Notes: generated from the sequence alone by a model not told the origin. Positions 15,775 through 26,466 are shown, counted from the stretch's first letter. The stretch: DNA of 64,000 bases from Candidatus Azobacteroides sp. (GCA_009783445.1 WRFY01000124.1:2171-66170), one strand, 5' to 3'. A program made the numbers and translations.

Positions 15775-17180
15775 TAATAAGCGTGTTTATCCCCTTTGAT
15801 CGTGTTAATAATGGTAACAAATACAATTTTCAAATCCAGCAGGAAAGTCCAGTTTTCCAAATACCACACATCGCAACGGACGCGTCCTTCCATTTGTTCG
15901 ACTGTTCGAGTTTCTCCTCTGTAACCATTGATTTGCGCCCATCCGGTAATACCCGGTTTCACTAAATGACGCACCATGTATTTATCTATAAGTTCGGAAT
16001 ACAATTGAGTTTGTTTCAGCATGTGCGGACGAGGGCCCACGATACTCATTTCTCCTTTTAGCACATTGATAAACTGAGGCAGCTCATCCAAATTGGAACG
16101 CCGCAAAAAACGGCCAATTCGAGTGACGCGCGGATCGTCTTTTTCTGCCTGTTTCTCGTCGGCAACCTCATTGACTTGCATGGAACGAAATTTATAACAG
16201 AAAAAACTGTTTCCATACAATCCGGTTCTCTCTTGTTTGAATATAATGGAACCGGGCGAAGACAGCTTGATAAGCAATCCGATAACGAGGTAAAAAAAAG
16301 GAAAAAGCGTACAGATAAAAAGCGCAGAAAAAACCAAATCGAACATGCGTTTAATCGCCTGATTATACACAAATTGTAAAGGTTCGGATCGAATAGCCAA
16401 TACAGGAACGGATTCCATATTTTCCAATTCGAGTCTTTTTTTTACATAACGCGAAAATTCGGGTACCAAATAAAACCGAATCCTATAGTTTTCCGCGAAA
16501 TTGAGCAAGCGGACAATTTTTTCATCTTGCGAATTGGGAAGCGTACAATAAATAGCATTGATATGATTTTTCAACGCGAAAGCTTCTACTTCACGAGTCA
16601 TTCCCAAATAATTGGGCAATGTATCTTTCAACTGTAGGTTATCGTCGAAAAAGCCATGTACAAGAAAACCGTACGACAATTCTTTTTTCATTTCGGCATA
16701 CAAATCCATTCCATTTTTACCTGCGCCCACAATTACTACTTGCCAGAGATTTTTCCCATATTGACGGAATTTTTTCAAAGTTTCTCTCGCAATAATCCGC
16801 CAGAGGGTTAAAAAGAAAAATAAAGCTATATAATAATGGACGATCAAGCGAAGGGGAAGAAAATCGGATTTTAAACGCAGGAAGAACAAGCAACAAGTAA
16901 AAATAGCTCCATGCAAAGCTACCAGTGTAATCGCACGCTGCACCACCTTATCCGTAAACAAAATAGGCTTGTCGATCTTGACGGGAACAAAATAGTTAGC
17001 AAAGAAATAGCAGATATTCAACAGCAGAAAAGTCATATTGATTTTGGAAAGAAAATCTTCCGTGCACCACTCTTTCTCCCAATGATAAAGAATAACAAAC
17101 AGCACATTTACCAAAATGATGTCCCCTAAAATGACCACCCATTTAATTAACAAACTGTATCCGCTCCTTTCTTTTAACAT
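15774..17180 (-). CDS. polyprenyl glycosylphosphotransferase (WbaP/EPS initiating sugar transferase)
   Basis: N-terminal TM segments and a central Rossmann-like region. The C-terminal bacterial sugar transferase domain carries KFRSM...DELPQF.NVLKGEMSIVGPRP. Confidence 0.85.
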   Translation of the reverse strand: MLKERSGYSLLIKWVVILGDIILVNVLFVILYHWEKEWCTEDFLSKINMTFLLLNICYFFANYFVPVKIDKPILFTDKVVQRAITLVALHGAIFTCCLFFLRLKSDFLPLRLIVHYYIALFFFLTLWRIIARETLKKFRQYGKNLWQVVIVGAGKNGMDLYAEMKKELSYGFLVHGFFDDNLQLKDTLPNYLGMTREVEAFALKNHINAIYCTLPNSQDEKIVRLLNFAENYRIRFYLVPEFSRYVKKRLELENMESVPVLAIRSEPLQFVYNQAIKRMFDLVFSALFICTLFPFFYLVIGLLIKLSSPGSIIFKQERTGLYGNSFFCYKFRSMQVNEVADEKQAEKDDPRVTRIGRFLRRSNLDELPQFINVLKGEMSIVGPRPHMLKQTQLYSELIDKYMVRHLVKPGITGWAQINGYRGETRTVEQMEGRVRCDVWYLENWTFLLDLKIVFVTIINTIKGDKHAY

Positions 17181-17272
17181 AGCCGTCGTCTAATCGTGTT
17201 GCGCATTGGACAAATTTAGCAAATTAATGGGAAACAAACAAAAAAGTTTACAATTTATGCCACAAAATACAT

Positions 17273-18481
17273 CTATTTTGGAGTCATAATCACTACCCTA
17301 TTCCAATGGTTTTCTTTGTAAGGCTGTTCTTCCGAACCTTTCCATTCCACTATGATTTTGTCGGAAGGCACCTTATATTTGGTCATCAATTCGTTAGCAA
17401 CTGTTTTAGCTCGTTTTTCAGAAAGTAGTTTATTATAGGCTTGCGTCCCCGTATTTTTGTCGGCATATCCCACTACTTTGATTTTACTTCCGGTATCGCG
17501 GATAAATTCGGCCACATTGAAAACGCTGATTTGTTGATTTTCTTCTACTTTTGAACTATTCAAACGGAAGAATACCACATTGGGAATGTAATTAATTTCG
17601 GGTGAAACCGTTATTTCAGGCGCCGCTTGCGGAACAGGGGATATGGCGGAAGGAGGAACAATCACTGGCTGATTATTCGCTTGACGGTTCACTTGTTGCA
17701 ACTCAGCGCTTAGTCTTTCATTTTCTATATGCAATTTGTTGATTTTTTCATTCAACTCATTGACGAATAATGGACTTGCGGGTTCTATCAAGTCAAAACC
17801 ATTTTTACCCAATAGAAATGTCACCCCGCCGGAAGCGAAAAGAATGGCTTCATTATCGCCATGAAGAACGATCCGGTCGAAATAGTCGGGAATGACGCTG
17901 GCGCCCAAGTCAAAATCCAAGCTGATTCGCTTGCTTAAACGAACGCCCAACTGAACTCCTCCGTTTACGGACAGCGCATTGGAAGCATCGCGATAATTCG
18001 ATTGTACGCCTTCTTGTTGAGGAATTTTAGCATCATTGGCTAACTGAAACCGATGAGCAAATCCCAATCCTACATAAGGCGCGAAATTAAAAATTTTGCT
18101 GGGGGAATATCCGCCTATTTGATTGGCCAAGTTCCACATCGCATCTATATGAATATTATAATGAGTATCCCGCTGTTCGAAAGTTTTTTGTTCTTCGAAT
18201 CCGTGAAGCGATCCTCCCTGTCCTTTGATACGCACTCCCCAAAAAGGACTAAACCATTTTCCTACAGCAACTTCTGGCATCACAGTAATTTTCTTGCTCC
18301 ATTCAGTTTTGTCGTTATTTCCTACCAGCGCTTGCCCCCCGCCTCCTATATGTATAAACCAATTATCGTTGATATGAGAATGATCATACATTTGTTGAGC
18401 ATAGGTCGGAAATATAATTAAAGAGCTGAGTATTAAACCAAAAACAATTAATGTTGTTTTCATAAGCGAAATTTTATGCAA
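17273..18481 (-). CDS. OmpA family outer-membrane protein
   Basis: Signal peptide, an N-terminal beta-barrel-like region, a coiled segment, and a C-terminal OmpA domain (VVFFRLNSSKV...GYADKNTG...YNKLLSEKRAKTVANEL). Confidence 0.8.
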   Translation of the reverse strand: MHKISLMKTTLIVFGLILSSLIIFPTYAQQMYDHSHINDNWFIHIGGGGQALVGNNDKTEWSKKITVMPEVAVGKWFSPFWGVRIKGQGGSLHGFEEQKTFEQRDTHYNIHIDAMWNLANQIGGYSPSKIFNFAPYVGLGFAHRFQLANDAKIPQQEGVQSNYRDASNALSVNGGVQLGVRLSKRISLDFDLGASVIPDYFDRIVLHGDNEAILFASGGVTFLLGKNGFDLIEPASPLFVNELNEKINKLHIENERLSAELQQVNRQANNQPVIVPPSAISPVPQAAPEITVSPEINYIPNVVFFRLNSSKVEENQQISVFNVAEFIRDTGSKIKVVGYADKNTGTQAYNKLLSEKRAKTVANELMTKYKVPSDKIIVEWKGSEEQPYKENHWNRVVIMTPK

Positions 18482-18556
18482 TAATACTAAAAAAATCGGA
18501 TATTGTTATCATATTTTGCATTATTTTTAGTAAATATACTCTCTTTAATAAACGAA

Positions 18557-21500
18557 TCATTTGTATTCATCCCAGCTTTTGATCGGTATATTCTTCATCT
18601 CTATTTCACAAAAAGCATATATAAAAGCAGAAGCCAAACGCGAATTGGTAATCAGTGGAATATTGAAATCAATCGCACCTCGTCTAATTTTATATCCATT
18701 CGATAATTCACCTGCCGTCAGATTTTTAGGTATATTCACTACCAAATCAAATTGTTTTTCGTGGATCATTTCCAGCGCATTGGGTTTTCCCCCTTCGCTG
18801 GGTTGATTGACGTGAAGCGAAGGTATCCCGTTTTCGCTCAAGTAACGGTGTGTTCCTTCTGTGGCAAAAAGCGTATAACCCTTTTGCTGCAACAATCGGC
18901 AAGCATCCAGCAAATCCAGTTTGGAGTGCGGAGTTCCACTCGAAATCAAAATATTTTTTTTAGGAATCCGCATGCCGACAGACAACATGGATTTTAAAAC
19001 GGCCTCATAAAAATCGTCTCCAATGCAACCCACTTCTCCGGTAGAAGCCATGTCTACTCCCAATACGGGATCTGCTCTTTGCAAACGGGAGAACGAGAAT
19101 TGCGAAGCTTTGATGCCTACATAATCCAAATCGAACTCGTTTTTGCTCGGTTTTTCTACCGTTTCTCCCAACATAACACGGGTAGCTATCTCTATGAAAT
19201 TCAATTTCAATACTTTGGATACAAATGGAAAACTGCGCGAAGCCCGCAGGTTGCATTCAATCACTTTAATATCGTTGTTTTTGGCTAAGAACTGGATATT
19301 AAAAGGGCCCGTGATCTGCAAAGCCTGAGCAATTTCCTTTGCAATGTGTTTGATTTTCCGAACGGTTTCGACATACAATCGCTGAGGAGGAAACTGGATG
19401 GTAGCATCGCCGGAATGAACGCCTGCAAATTCGATGTGTTCAGAAATGGCATACGTCACAATTTCTCCCTGATTGGCCACTGCATCTATTTCGATTTCTT
19501 TAGCCCGTTGAATGAATTCGCTCACGACTACCGGATGTTTTTGAGAAACATTGGCCGCCACTTTCAAAAAAGTTTCCAGTTCGATCTGATTGGAACAGAC
19601 ATTCATCGCCGCACCTGAAAGCACATACGAAGGACGCACCAATACCGGAAAATCCACCTCCCGCACAAAGTCGTTGATATCCGACATCGAACTCAATTCT
19701 TTCCATTTGGGCTGGTCTATTTTCAGCCGGTCGAGCATGGACGAAAATTTATGACGGTCTTCCGCATTGTCGATGCTCGCCGCAGACGTTCCCAATAGAG
19801 GGACGCCAGCCTCATCCAACGAAAGCGCCAGATTATTGGGAATTTGCCCTCCAGTAGATAAAATCACTCCATGCGGATTTTCCAATTCGATAATATCCAT
19901 CACCCGTTCGTAGGTCAATTCGTCGAAATACAGCCGGTCGCACATGTCGTAATCCGTCGAAACCGTTTCGGGATTGTAGTTGATCATTACGCCCCGCCAA
20001 CCCCTCCGCCGAATGGTTTCCAACGCATTCACCGAACACCAGTCGAATTCCACGCTACTGCCAATGCGGTAAGCGCCGGAACCCAAAACCACCACCGAAC
20101 GACGATCGCCCAGATAACGGACATCGTTTTCTTTGCCGTTGTAGGTCAGATATAAATAATTGGTTTGAGCCGGATACTCAGCCGCCAAGGTATCAATTTG
20201 TTTTACTACGGGAACAATGCCCCACTTTTTACGCTGCTCGCACAAGTTTTTTTTCAGGGCGGTAGCCGTATCGGAATTTTTATACAATAATTTGGCTATT
20301 TGAAAATCGGAAAAGCCTTTTTGTTTCGCCGCTCGCAACAATTCCACAGGCAATTCTTCGATCGAATGGTATTGGCTTATTTTTTTGGACGTCTGGTATA
20401 TCAACTGCAATCGTTGGAGAAACCAGAGATCAATCCGCGTCAATTCGTGAACCTGTTCTATCGAATAACCGGCTTCCAGCGCTTGGGCTATGATAAAAAT
20501 CCGTTTATCGGTCGGTTCGGATAAAGCTCTGTCGATATCGTCCACTTCCAAATCTTTGTTGGCTACAAAACCATGCATTCCCTGGGCAATCATCCGCAAT
20601 CCTTTTTGAATAACCTCTTCAAAACTGCGGCCAATGGACATTACTTCGCCCACGCTTTTCATGCTTGAACCGATTTGCTGCGATACGCCGTGAAACTTAC
20701 CCAAATCCCAGCGAGGAATCTTGCAAACAATATAATCGAGAGCCGGTTCAAAAAATGCAGTGGTCGTTTTGGTTACCGAATTTTTCAATTCGTGCAAGCC
20801 ATAGCCCAAAGCTAATTTGGCGGCAATAAAGGCCAAAGGATAACCCGTGGCTTTGGAAGCCAGGGCAGAAGAACGACTCAAACGGGCATTCACTTCAATT
20901 ACGCGATAGTCTTCCGACACGGTATCGAATGCATATTGGATATTGCATTCGCCCACAATCCCGATATGGCGGATGATACGAATCGCCAGCTCGCGCAATT
21001 TGTGGTATTCCCGATTGGTCAGCGTTTGCGAAGGAGCGACGACAATACTTTCACCGGTATGGATACCCAACGGATCAAAATTTTCCATGTTGCAAACCGT
21101 AATGCAATTGTCGTATTGGTCGCGGACAACTTCATATTCTATCTCTTTCCAGCCTTTTAATGATTTTTCAATTAACAGTTGATTCGAATAATTGAAAGCT
21201 TTTTCCGCCAATAGCTGCAACTCTTCCGAATGGTTGCAAAATCCGCTTCCCAAACCGCCCAAAGCATAAGCGGCGCGGACAATGATTGGATAACCCAAGG
21301 TTTGAGCCGCTATGTGCGCATCTTCGATCGATTCGACCGCTATGCTTTTGATAGATTTTACTTGGATTTCGTCTAATTTTTTGACAAACAGTTCGCGGTC
21401 TTCGGTATGAATGATGGATTGCACCGGCGTTCCCAAGACTTCCACCTTGTATTTTTCGAACACACCCGAAAGGTAGAGTTCTACGCCGCAATTCAAAGCC

Positions 21501-22888
21501 GTTTGTCCGCCAAAGGACAACAGAATACCGTCGGGTCTTTCTTTCTCGATTACTTTTTCTACAAAAAAAGGAGTAACCGGTAAGAAATAGATCTTATCAG
21601 CCACTCCTTCAGAAGTTTGTACAGTAGCAATATTTGGATTAATTAAAACGGTGTAGATGCTTTCTTCCTTCAAAGCCTTCAAAGCTTGCGAGCCGGAATA
21701 GTCGAACTCGCCAGCTTCGCCGATTTTTAAGGCTCCAGATCCCAACAAGAGAACCTTCTTGGGGAAAACGGATTTCTTTTTTTCTTCAACCTTGTATTCC
21801 GCAATTTTTTTTCCGCGTTTTGCTTGCATATTTTCGAGAAACAGATCGAAAAGAAATTCGGTGTCAGTAGGACCAGAAGCAGCTTCCGGATGAAATTGTA
21901 CCGAAAACCAAGGTTGAGTTTTATGGCGGATTCCTTCATTGGAATCATCGTTCATGTTAGTGAAAAAAACTTCCCAATCGTCGCTCAATCGAGAGACGTC
22001 CACTGCATAACTGTGATTTTGCGAAGTAATGAAACACCTGTTAGAATGAGCCATTCGTACCGGTTGGTTGTGGCTCCGGTGTCCATATTTCAATTTGTAA
22101 GTAACAGCTCCGCCAGCTTTTGCCAATAAATGATTTCCCATACAAATGCCAAGAATAGGTTTGCCGCTTTTCATGGCCTCCTGTATATGTTCGACAGTGA
22201 TTCCGCAATGATCTGGATCGCCAGGCCCATTGGAAATCAGCAAGCCGTCATATTCGAGGGTATTGAAATCGTAATCCCAAGGAACGCGGATGATGTTGAC
22301 GTCTTTTTTCAGCAAACAGCGGATAATATTATGCTTTACGCCACAATCCACTAACACAACGGTTTTGGAACCATTTCCATATCGCAGCGTTTCTTTGCAA
22401 CTGACCCGTGCCACTAAGTTTTCTAAAGAAGGATCAATGAAATCAATTTCGTCGGGAGAATCAAAAATGATTTTCCCTTTCATCGAACCTTCTTCCCGAA
22501 TCATTTTCGTCAACGCACGGGTATCTACCCCGTAAATTCCCGGCGTTTTATGTTCTTTCAACCAATTGCCCAGACTTTTACAAGCGTTCCAATGACTGTA
22601 TTCATTCGAATAGTCGGATATAATCAATCCGCTGACATGAATTTTTTCCGATTCGTAAAATTCAGATAATCCATTGATAATCCGGTCTTCCGGCACCCCG
22701 TAATTTCCAATAAGGGGATAAGTGACCGTCAAAATTTGCCCTGCGTAAGAAGGATCAGTCAAACTTTCGGGATATCCGACCATCGCCGTATTGAATACCA
22801 CTTCGCCTGCTGCAGGAGTCTCGTAACCAAAAGAATAACCCTCGAAAGTCGTTCCGTTTTCCAAGACTAAGGCAATCTTCTTGTCCAT
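18557..22888 (-). CDS. carbamoyl-phosphate synthase with glutamine amidotransferase (CarA-like) and synthetase (CarB-like) parts fused in one ORF
   Basis: The N-terminal ~370 aa are CarA-like (GICMGNH Cys, QFHPEA His). A Lys-rich linker (AKRGKKIAEYKVEEKKKSVFPKK) follows. The rest is a full CarB with both ATP-grasp halves (LLLGSGALKIGEAGEFDYSG and VVVLGSGAYRIGSSVEFDWC) and an MGS-like C-terminus. Confidence 0.85.
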   Translation of the reverse strand: MDKKIALVLENGTTFEGYSFGYETPAAGEVVFNTAMVGYPESLTDPSYAGQILTVTYPLIGNYGVPEDRIINGLSEFYESEKIHVSGLIISDYSNEYSHWNACKSLGNWLKEHKTPGIYGVDTRALTKMIREEGSMKGKIIFDSPDEIDFIDPSLENLVARVSCKETLRYGNGSKTVVLVDCGVKHNIIRCLLKKDVNIIRVPWDYDFNTLEYDGLLISNGPGDPDHCGITVEHIQEAMKSGKPILGICMGNHLLAKAGGAVTYKLKYGHRSHNQPVRMAHSNRCFITSQNHSYAVDVSRLSDDWEVFFTNMNDDSNEGIRHKTQPWFSVQFHPEAASGPTDTEFLFDLFLENMQAKRGKKIAEYKVEEKKKSVFPKKVLLLGSGALKIGEAGEFDYSGSQALKALKEESIYTVLINPNIATVQTSEGVADKIYFLPVTPFFVEKVIEKERPDGILLSFGGQTALNCGVELYLSGVFEKYKVEVLGTPVQSIIHTEDRELFVKKLDEIQVKSIKSIAVESIEDAHIAAQTLGYPIIVRAAYALGGLGSGFCNHSEELQLLAEKAFNYSNQLLIEKSLKGWKEIEYEVVRDQYDNCITVCNMENFDPLGIHTGESIVVAPSQTLTNREYHKLRELAIRIIRHIGIVGECNIQYAFDTVSEDYRVIEVNARLSRSSALASKATGYPLAFIAAKLALGYGLHELKNSVTKTTTAFFEPALDYIVCKIPRWDLGKFHGVSQQIGSSMKSVGEVMSIGRSFEEVIQKGLRMIAQGMHGFVANKDLEVDDIDRALSEPTDKRIFIIAQALEAGYSIEQVHELTRIDLWFLQRLQLIYQTSKKISQYHSIEELPVELLRAAKQKGFSDFQIAKLLYKNSDTATALKKNLCEQRKKWGIVPVVKQIDTLAAEYPAQTNYLYLTYNGKENDVRYLGDRRSVVVLGSGAYRIGSSVEFDWCSVNALETIRRRGWRGVMINYNPETVSTDYDMCDRLYFDELTYERVMDIIELENPHGVILSTGGQIPNNLALSLDEAGVPLLGTSAASIDNAEDRHKFSSMLDRLKIDQPKWKELSSMSDINDFVREVDFPVLVRPSYVLSGAAMNVCSNQIELETFLKVAANVSQKHPVVVSEFIQRAKEIEIDAVANQGEIVTYAISEHIEFAGVHSGDATIQFPPQRLYVETVRKIKHIAKEIAQALQITGPFNIQFLAKNNDIKVIECNLRASRSFPFVSKVLKLNFIEIATRVMLGETVEKPSKNEFDLDYVGIKASQFSFSRLQRADPVLGVDMASTGEVGCIGDDFYEAVLKSMLSVGMRIPKKNILISSGTPHSKLDLLDACRLLQQKGYTLFATEGTHRYLSENGIPSLHVNQPSEGGKPNALEMIHEKQFDLVVNIPKNLTAGELSNGYKIRRGAIDFNIPLITNSRLASAFIYAFCEIEMKNIPIKSWDEYK

Positions 22889-23075
22889 ATTTGTAAAGGA
22901 TTTTTAATCGTATGCAAATGTACGTGAAATATTTTAATTACCCATAGACTATTCGAAAAACGTGGAGATTCAAAATAATCTATCCAATGAATTTTTTTGC
23001 AACAATACAACAATGATTCAATTTTTTTCCTAATTTTGTACACTTAACCATTCCGCTTAAAATCGAATAAATTAA

Positions 23076-25040
23076 ATGTCTCAGACGAATAACTTTTTTA
23101 TTTTTTATCCTTATTTTTTTATAAAAAGAAAGGCGTTTTTGATTGCATTCATTTGCGTGTCCGCTTTTTGTTATTCACAAGAAGGGCAAGGAATGCATTA
23201 CGACGCGGGAGGATACAATGATGAGACGAAAATATACATCGGCAACCCTCATTCGAAAGAATATTCGCAGCTAATCCCTTTCAATAGTTACTATCCAAAC
23301 AACATCGTACAAACGCTTTATTACGAGAAGGAAATAGGGAAAAAAGGTCTTATATCCGCAGTGGAGTACTATTACTCGTTCGAAGCGGGACATCCGGTTT
23401 TAAACAAAACATTGAAAATTTACATGTCTGTCACCCAGAAAGACAATTTGTATGAAGGATGGATTACCCAAGATACGGTACTCGTTTATGAGGGAAGCAT
23501 TGATTTGTTTGATCAGCAATGCAGCGTAACGATCCCTCTTCAACAACCGTTTTTGTACGACGGCGGTAACCTGCTGATTACTACGATGGAAGTCGACACG
23601 AGAATTCATATTCCGATCAATCAATTCCTTTGTTCGCCCAGCGAACAGTACCGTCTGCGCGCTACAACCAATCTGTACTTTCCCGTGCATTTCGGCCAGA
23701 TGGGCCAGGTCATGCAGTACATGCCCAATATTTCCTTGATTCTGAATACGAAAGGGGCCGAATGGAGCGGAGTTGTCACCGACGAACGTCAGCAACCGCT
23801 TCCGGGCGCTATCGTGGAAATACAAGGCAAATCATGGAAAAAAGTGACCAATGCGCAGGGGAAGTATACCTTCGATTTTATACCGGCTGCGGACTACGTC
23901 CTCCTTGTTTCCAAAGCAGGTTACCTTCCGCAATCGAAAACCGGCACAATGGAAGAAAGCAAGCTGATTTTTGATTTTGCGCTGGAAAAATGCCCCGTAT
24001 ATCCGGTAAAAAATCTGGCGGTAACGCTTCATGCGCCGCAATGGAATCAAGTCAAATTGTCGTGGGAGCAACCGGACAGCGTAACTGCCGAAAATCAGGT
24101 CACTGGATACAAAGTGTATGTCAACCATTTGCCGGTAAGCAACGAACCGATTCAGTCGCGAACGTATGTCGATTCTGTTCCTCCGGGCCAATACCTCTAC
24201 GAAGTCTCTGCTGTATGGAATTCCGACAGCGAATCGCCGGCTCTGGCTAAAGAAATCGAAATGACTCCGGAAACAATCGTCCGGGAATATCCTTTCAAGG
24301 AAGGATTTGAATCTGGCCAAATCCCAGCGTCGTGGGAAATCGCGGCTATACAAAACAACCGAGATTGGGAAATCGGGAAAGAAATAAACGACGAAGGAAA
24401 AACTTTCGTATCGCATAGCGGACAGTATTTTGCCTATCTGTTAGACGAAGACCACTATTCGACTACGACCCGCTTGATAACGCCTATGTTGGATTTACAT
24501 GCCTTATCGAATCCGCATTTGAGTTTTTGGCATCTACAAGCGCAAACAGATTTTTTTGATTTGGACAGTTTAGCCGTTTTTTATAAAAATAATCCGGACG
24601 GAAAATGGAAATATCTGGCAGGATACGGCGGTAAAATCGAATCTTGGAAGAAAGAAACGATTCCACTGCCCGAAGCAAGTGGTACGTATTGGATTGCCTT
24701 CAAAGGAATTACCATGTGGGGGCATGGCTTGATGCTGGATGACGTCGAAATATACGATAAAAAAGGAGACGCAAGCGTAATCGCCAAACCTGTGCTGCAA
24801 GACAGGACAGAGGGTATCCGTACTTTCCCCAATCCGGTACAGAACCGTTTGACCATTTCGGGAGAAAACATCGAAAAGGTGGAGATTTACAATATTTTAG
24901 GGGGAAAAATTGATCTTGTCCCGTTTAACGGGAATAAACAGCAACAAATCGACATGCACTCCTACGAAACCGGAATATATCTGCTGAAAATTTATCTTTC
25001 GGATGGCAAATTTGCTACCAAACGAATTGTTGTGAAATAG
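23076..25040 (+). CDS. T9SS type A sorting domain-containing surface protein (CarboxypepD_reg, Fn3-like and choice-of-anchor-J-like regions)
   Basis: The C-terminal ~80 aa (FPNPVQNRLTISG...IYNILGGKI...GIYLLKIYLSDGKFATKRIVVK) form a classic Por/T9SS CTD. An internal GVVTDERQQPLPGAIVEI motif is also present. Confidence 0.8.
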   Translation: MSQTNNFFIFYPYFFIKRKAFLIAFICVSAFCYSQEGQGMHYDAGGYNDETKIYIGNPHSKEYSQLIPFNSYYPNNIVQTLYYEKEIGKKGLISAVEYYYSFEAGHPVLNKTLKIYMSVTQKDNLYEGWITQDTVLVYEGSIDLFDQQCSVTIPLQQPFLYDGGNLLITTMEVDTRIHIPINQFLCSPSEQYRLRATTNLYFPVHFGQMGQVMQYMPNISLILNTKGAEWSGVVTDERQQPLPGAIVEIQGKSWKKVTNAQGKYTFDFIPAADYVLLVSKAGYLPQSKTGTMEESKLIFDFALEKCPVYPVKNLAVTLHAPQWNQVKLSWEQPDSVTAENQVTGYKVYVNHLPVSNEPIQSRTYVDSVPPGQYLYEVSAVWNSDSESPALAKEIEMTPETIVREYPFKEGFESGQIPASWEIAAIQNNRDWEIGKEINDEGKTFVSHSGQYFAYLLDEDHYSTTTRLITPMLDLHALSNPHLSFWHLQAQTDFFDLDSLAVFYKNNPDGKWKYLAGYGGKIESWKKETIPLPEASGTYWIAFKGITMWGHGLMLDDVEIYDKKGDASVIAKPVLQDRTEGIRTFPNPVQNRLTISGENIEKVEIYNILGGKIDLVPFNGNKQQQIDMHSYETGIYLLKIYLSDGKFATKRIVVK

Positions 25041-25162
25041 CAATAAAATATGAATTCTTTGGGTTCAAGATTTGGCATTATTATTATTGACTTAATGCTA
25101 AATACGCATTCGAAAACGAAAAATAAATAAGTGAGCATAAGTAATTTCAATATTTTTTCGTG

Positions 25163-25198
25163 CCTTTTTATTATCCTTATTTTTGAAAGTTCCCTTAG
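25163..25198 (+). repeat. solo copy of the 5' arm of the repeat family seen at 49.1-49.4 kb
   Basis: CCTTTTTATTATCCTTATTTTTGAAAGTTCCCTTAG here versus CCTTTTATTAACCTTATTTTCGAAAGTTCCCTTAG at 49091-49125. Confidence 0.55.
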
Positions 25199-25532
25199 CG
25201 CTTTGTAAATGTCTGCCAGTGATTGGTAGGATAACGTAGATGAAGGCAGATTTTTATATTTATCTGCGTTAATCCGTTTCCTCTGCATTTCAAACTAAAT
25301 TATTTTTTGTTACTTTTGTCTGTATTTTAGGTAGTACAAATTATGAATGGGGGTCTTCCGAAATCCTTGCCCGATGATCCTTCTTTGGTGGAGAACGTCC
25401 GACGAGTTCCTGAGCGAGGGTTCGGGGGATGAATCGCAGAAGCAAAATATTCTCCATCCTTTTATATTTAAAAATTAAAAAACATAATTAGCTCCTTGAA
25501 TTATTTATTATTCCTTAACAAAAACAATTGAC

Positions 25533-26432
25533 ATGGACAAAATAGTTGAATGTGTTCCAAATTTTAGCGAAGGACGCAATTTGGAAAAAGTGGATCGAAT
25601 TGTAAGCGCTTTCCGCGCAAAAGAGAACGTCAAATTGTTGGATTACAGCAACGATAATGATCACAACCGAATGGTTGTAACGGTGATAGGCGAACCCGAA
25701 GCCGTGAAGAATGCGGTAATCGAAGCTGTAGGAATAGCCATTGAAGAAATTGATTTGACCCGACACAAAGGCCAACATCCCCGCATTGGAGCAACAGATG
25801 TCATTCCATTCATTCCAATTAAAGGGATGAGTATGGAAGAAACAGACGCTTTGGCGCAGGAAGTCGGGAAAGCGCTGGCCGAAAAATATCAATTGCCTAT
25901 TTTTTTATACGAAAAATCGGCTTCAGCCGAACATCGTCGAAATCTGGCGGCCATACGGAAAGGCGAATTCGAAGGTTTGGTCGAGAAAATGAAACAACCG
26001 GAATGGAAACCCGATTTTGGTCCGGAAGAACGCCATCCGACGGCCGGAGCGACAGTCGTCGGCGTGCGTATGCCGCTCATTGCATTCAACGTGAATCTGC
26101 ATACAAACCGGCTGGAAATAGCCGATAAAATAGCTAAGAAAGTACGCTTTTTGGGAGGCGGTTTGCGGTTTTGCAAGGCAATGGGCGTGGAATTAAAAGA
26201 GCAATCCCTGACTCAAGTATCCATGAATTTGACGGATTATACTAAAACGGCCATTTATCAGGTCGTAGAAATGGTTCGTTTCGAAGCGCAAAGGTATGGA
26301 GTCTCTCTTGCGGGATGCGAATTGATTGGTTTGGTTCCCTTGCAAGCAGTCGTCGACACAGCTTCTTATTATTTAGGATTGGAAAACTTTTCAGTGAAAC
26401 AGATACTGGAATCTCATTTAACGGAAGAATGA
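25533..26432 (+). CDS. ftcD: glutamate formimidoyltransferase
   Basis: The N-terminus IVECVPNFSEGRN and the overall length (299 aa) are typical of the formiminotransferase domain. Confidence 0.85.
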   Translation: MDKIVECVPNFSEGRNLEKVDRIVSAFRAKENVKLLDYSNDNDHNRMVVTVIGEPEAVKNAVIEAVGIAIEEIDLTRHKGQHPRIGATDVIPFIPIKGMSMEETDALAQEVGKALAEKYQLPIFLYEKSASAEHRRNLAAIRKGEFEGLVEKMKQPEWKPDFGPEERHPTAGATVVGVRMPLIAFNVNLHTNRLEIADKIAKKVRFLGGGLRFCKAMGVELKEQSLTQVSMNLTDYTKTAIYQVVEMVRFEAQRYGVSLAGCELIGLVPLQAVVDTASYYLGLENFSVKQILESHLTEE

Positions 26433-26466
26433 GAAAAGCGGCTCTTGTATTTGCACTTCTTCGGCC

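Noticed and set aside
24992-25288. 98-aa minus-strand ORF downstream of the T9SS protein gene.
   Set aside because: It overlaps the end of the T9SS gene and runs through the solo repeat arm and small hairpins. It has no motifs and is most likely a chance ORF over repeat or terminator DNA.
25290-25532. Possible THF or ZTP riboswitch upstream of the folate-dependent formimidoyltransferase gene.
   Set aside because: I could not find the conserved cores of either class (for example the CCGCCUGGGC-type pseudoknot of ZTP) or a convincing multi-helix fold by eye.
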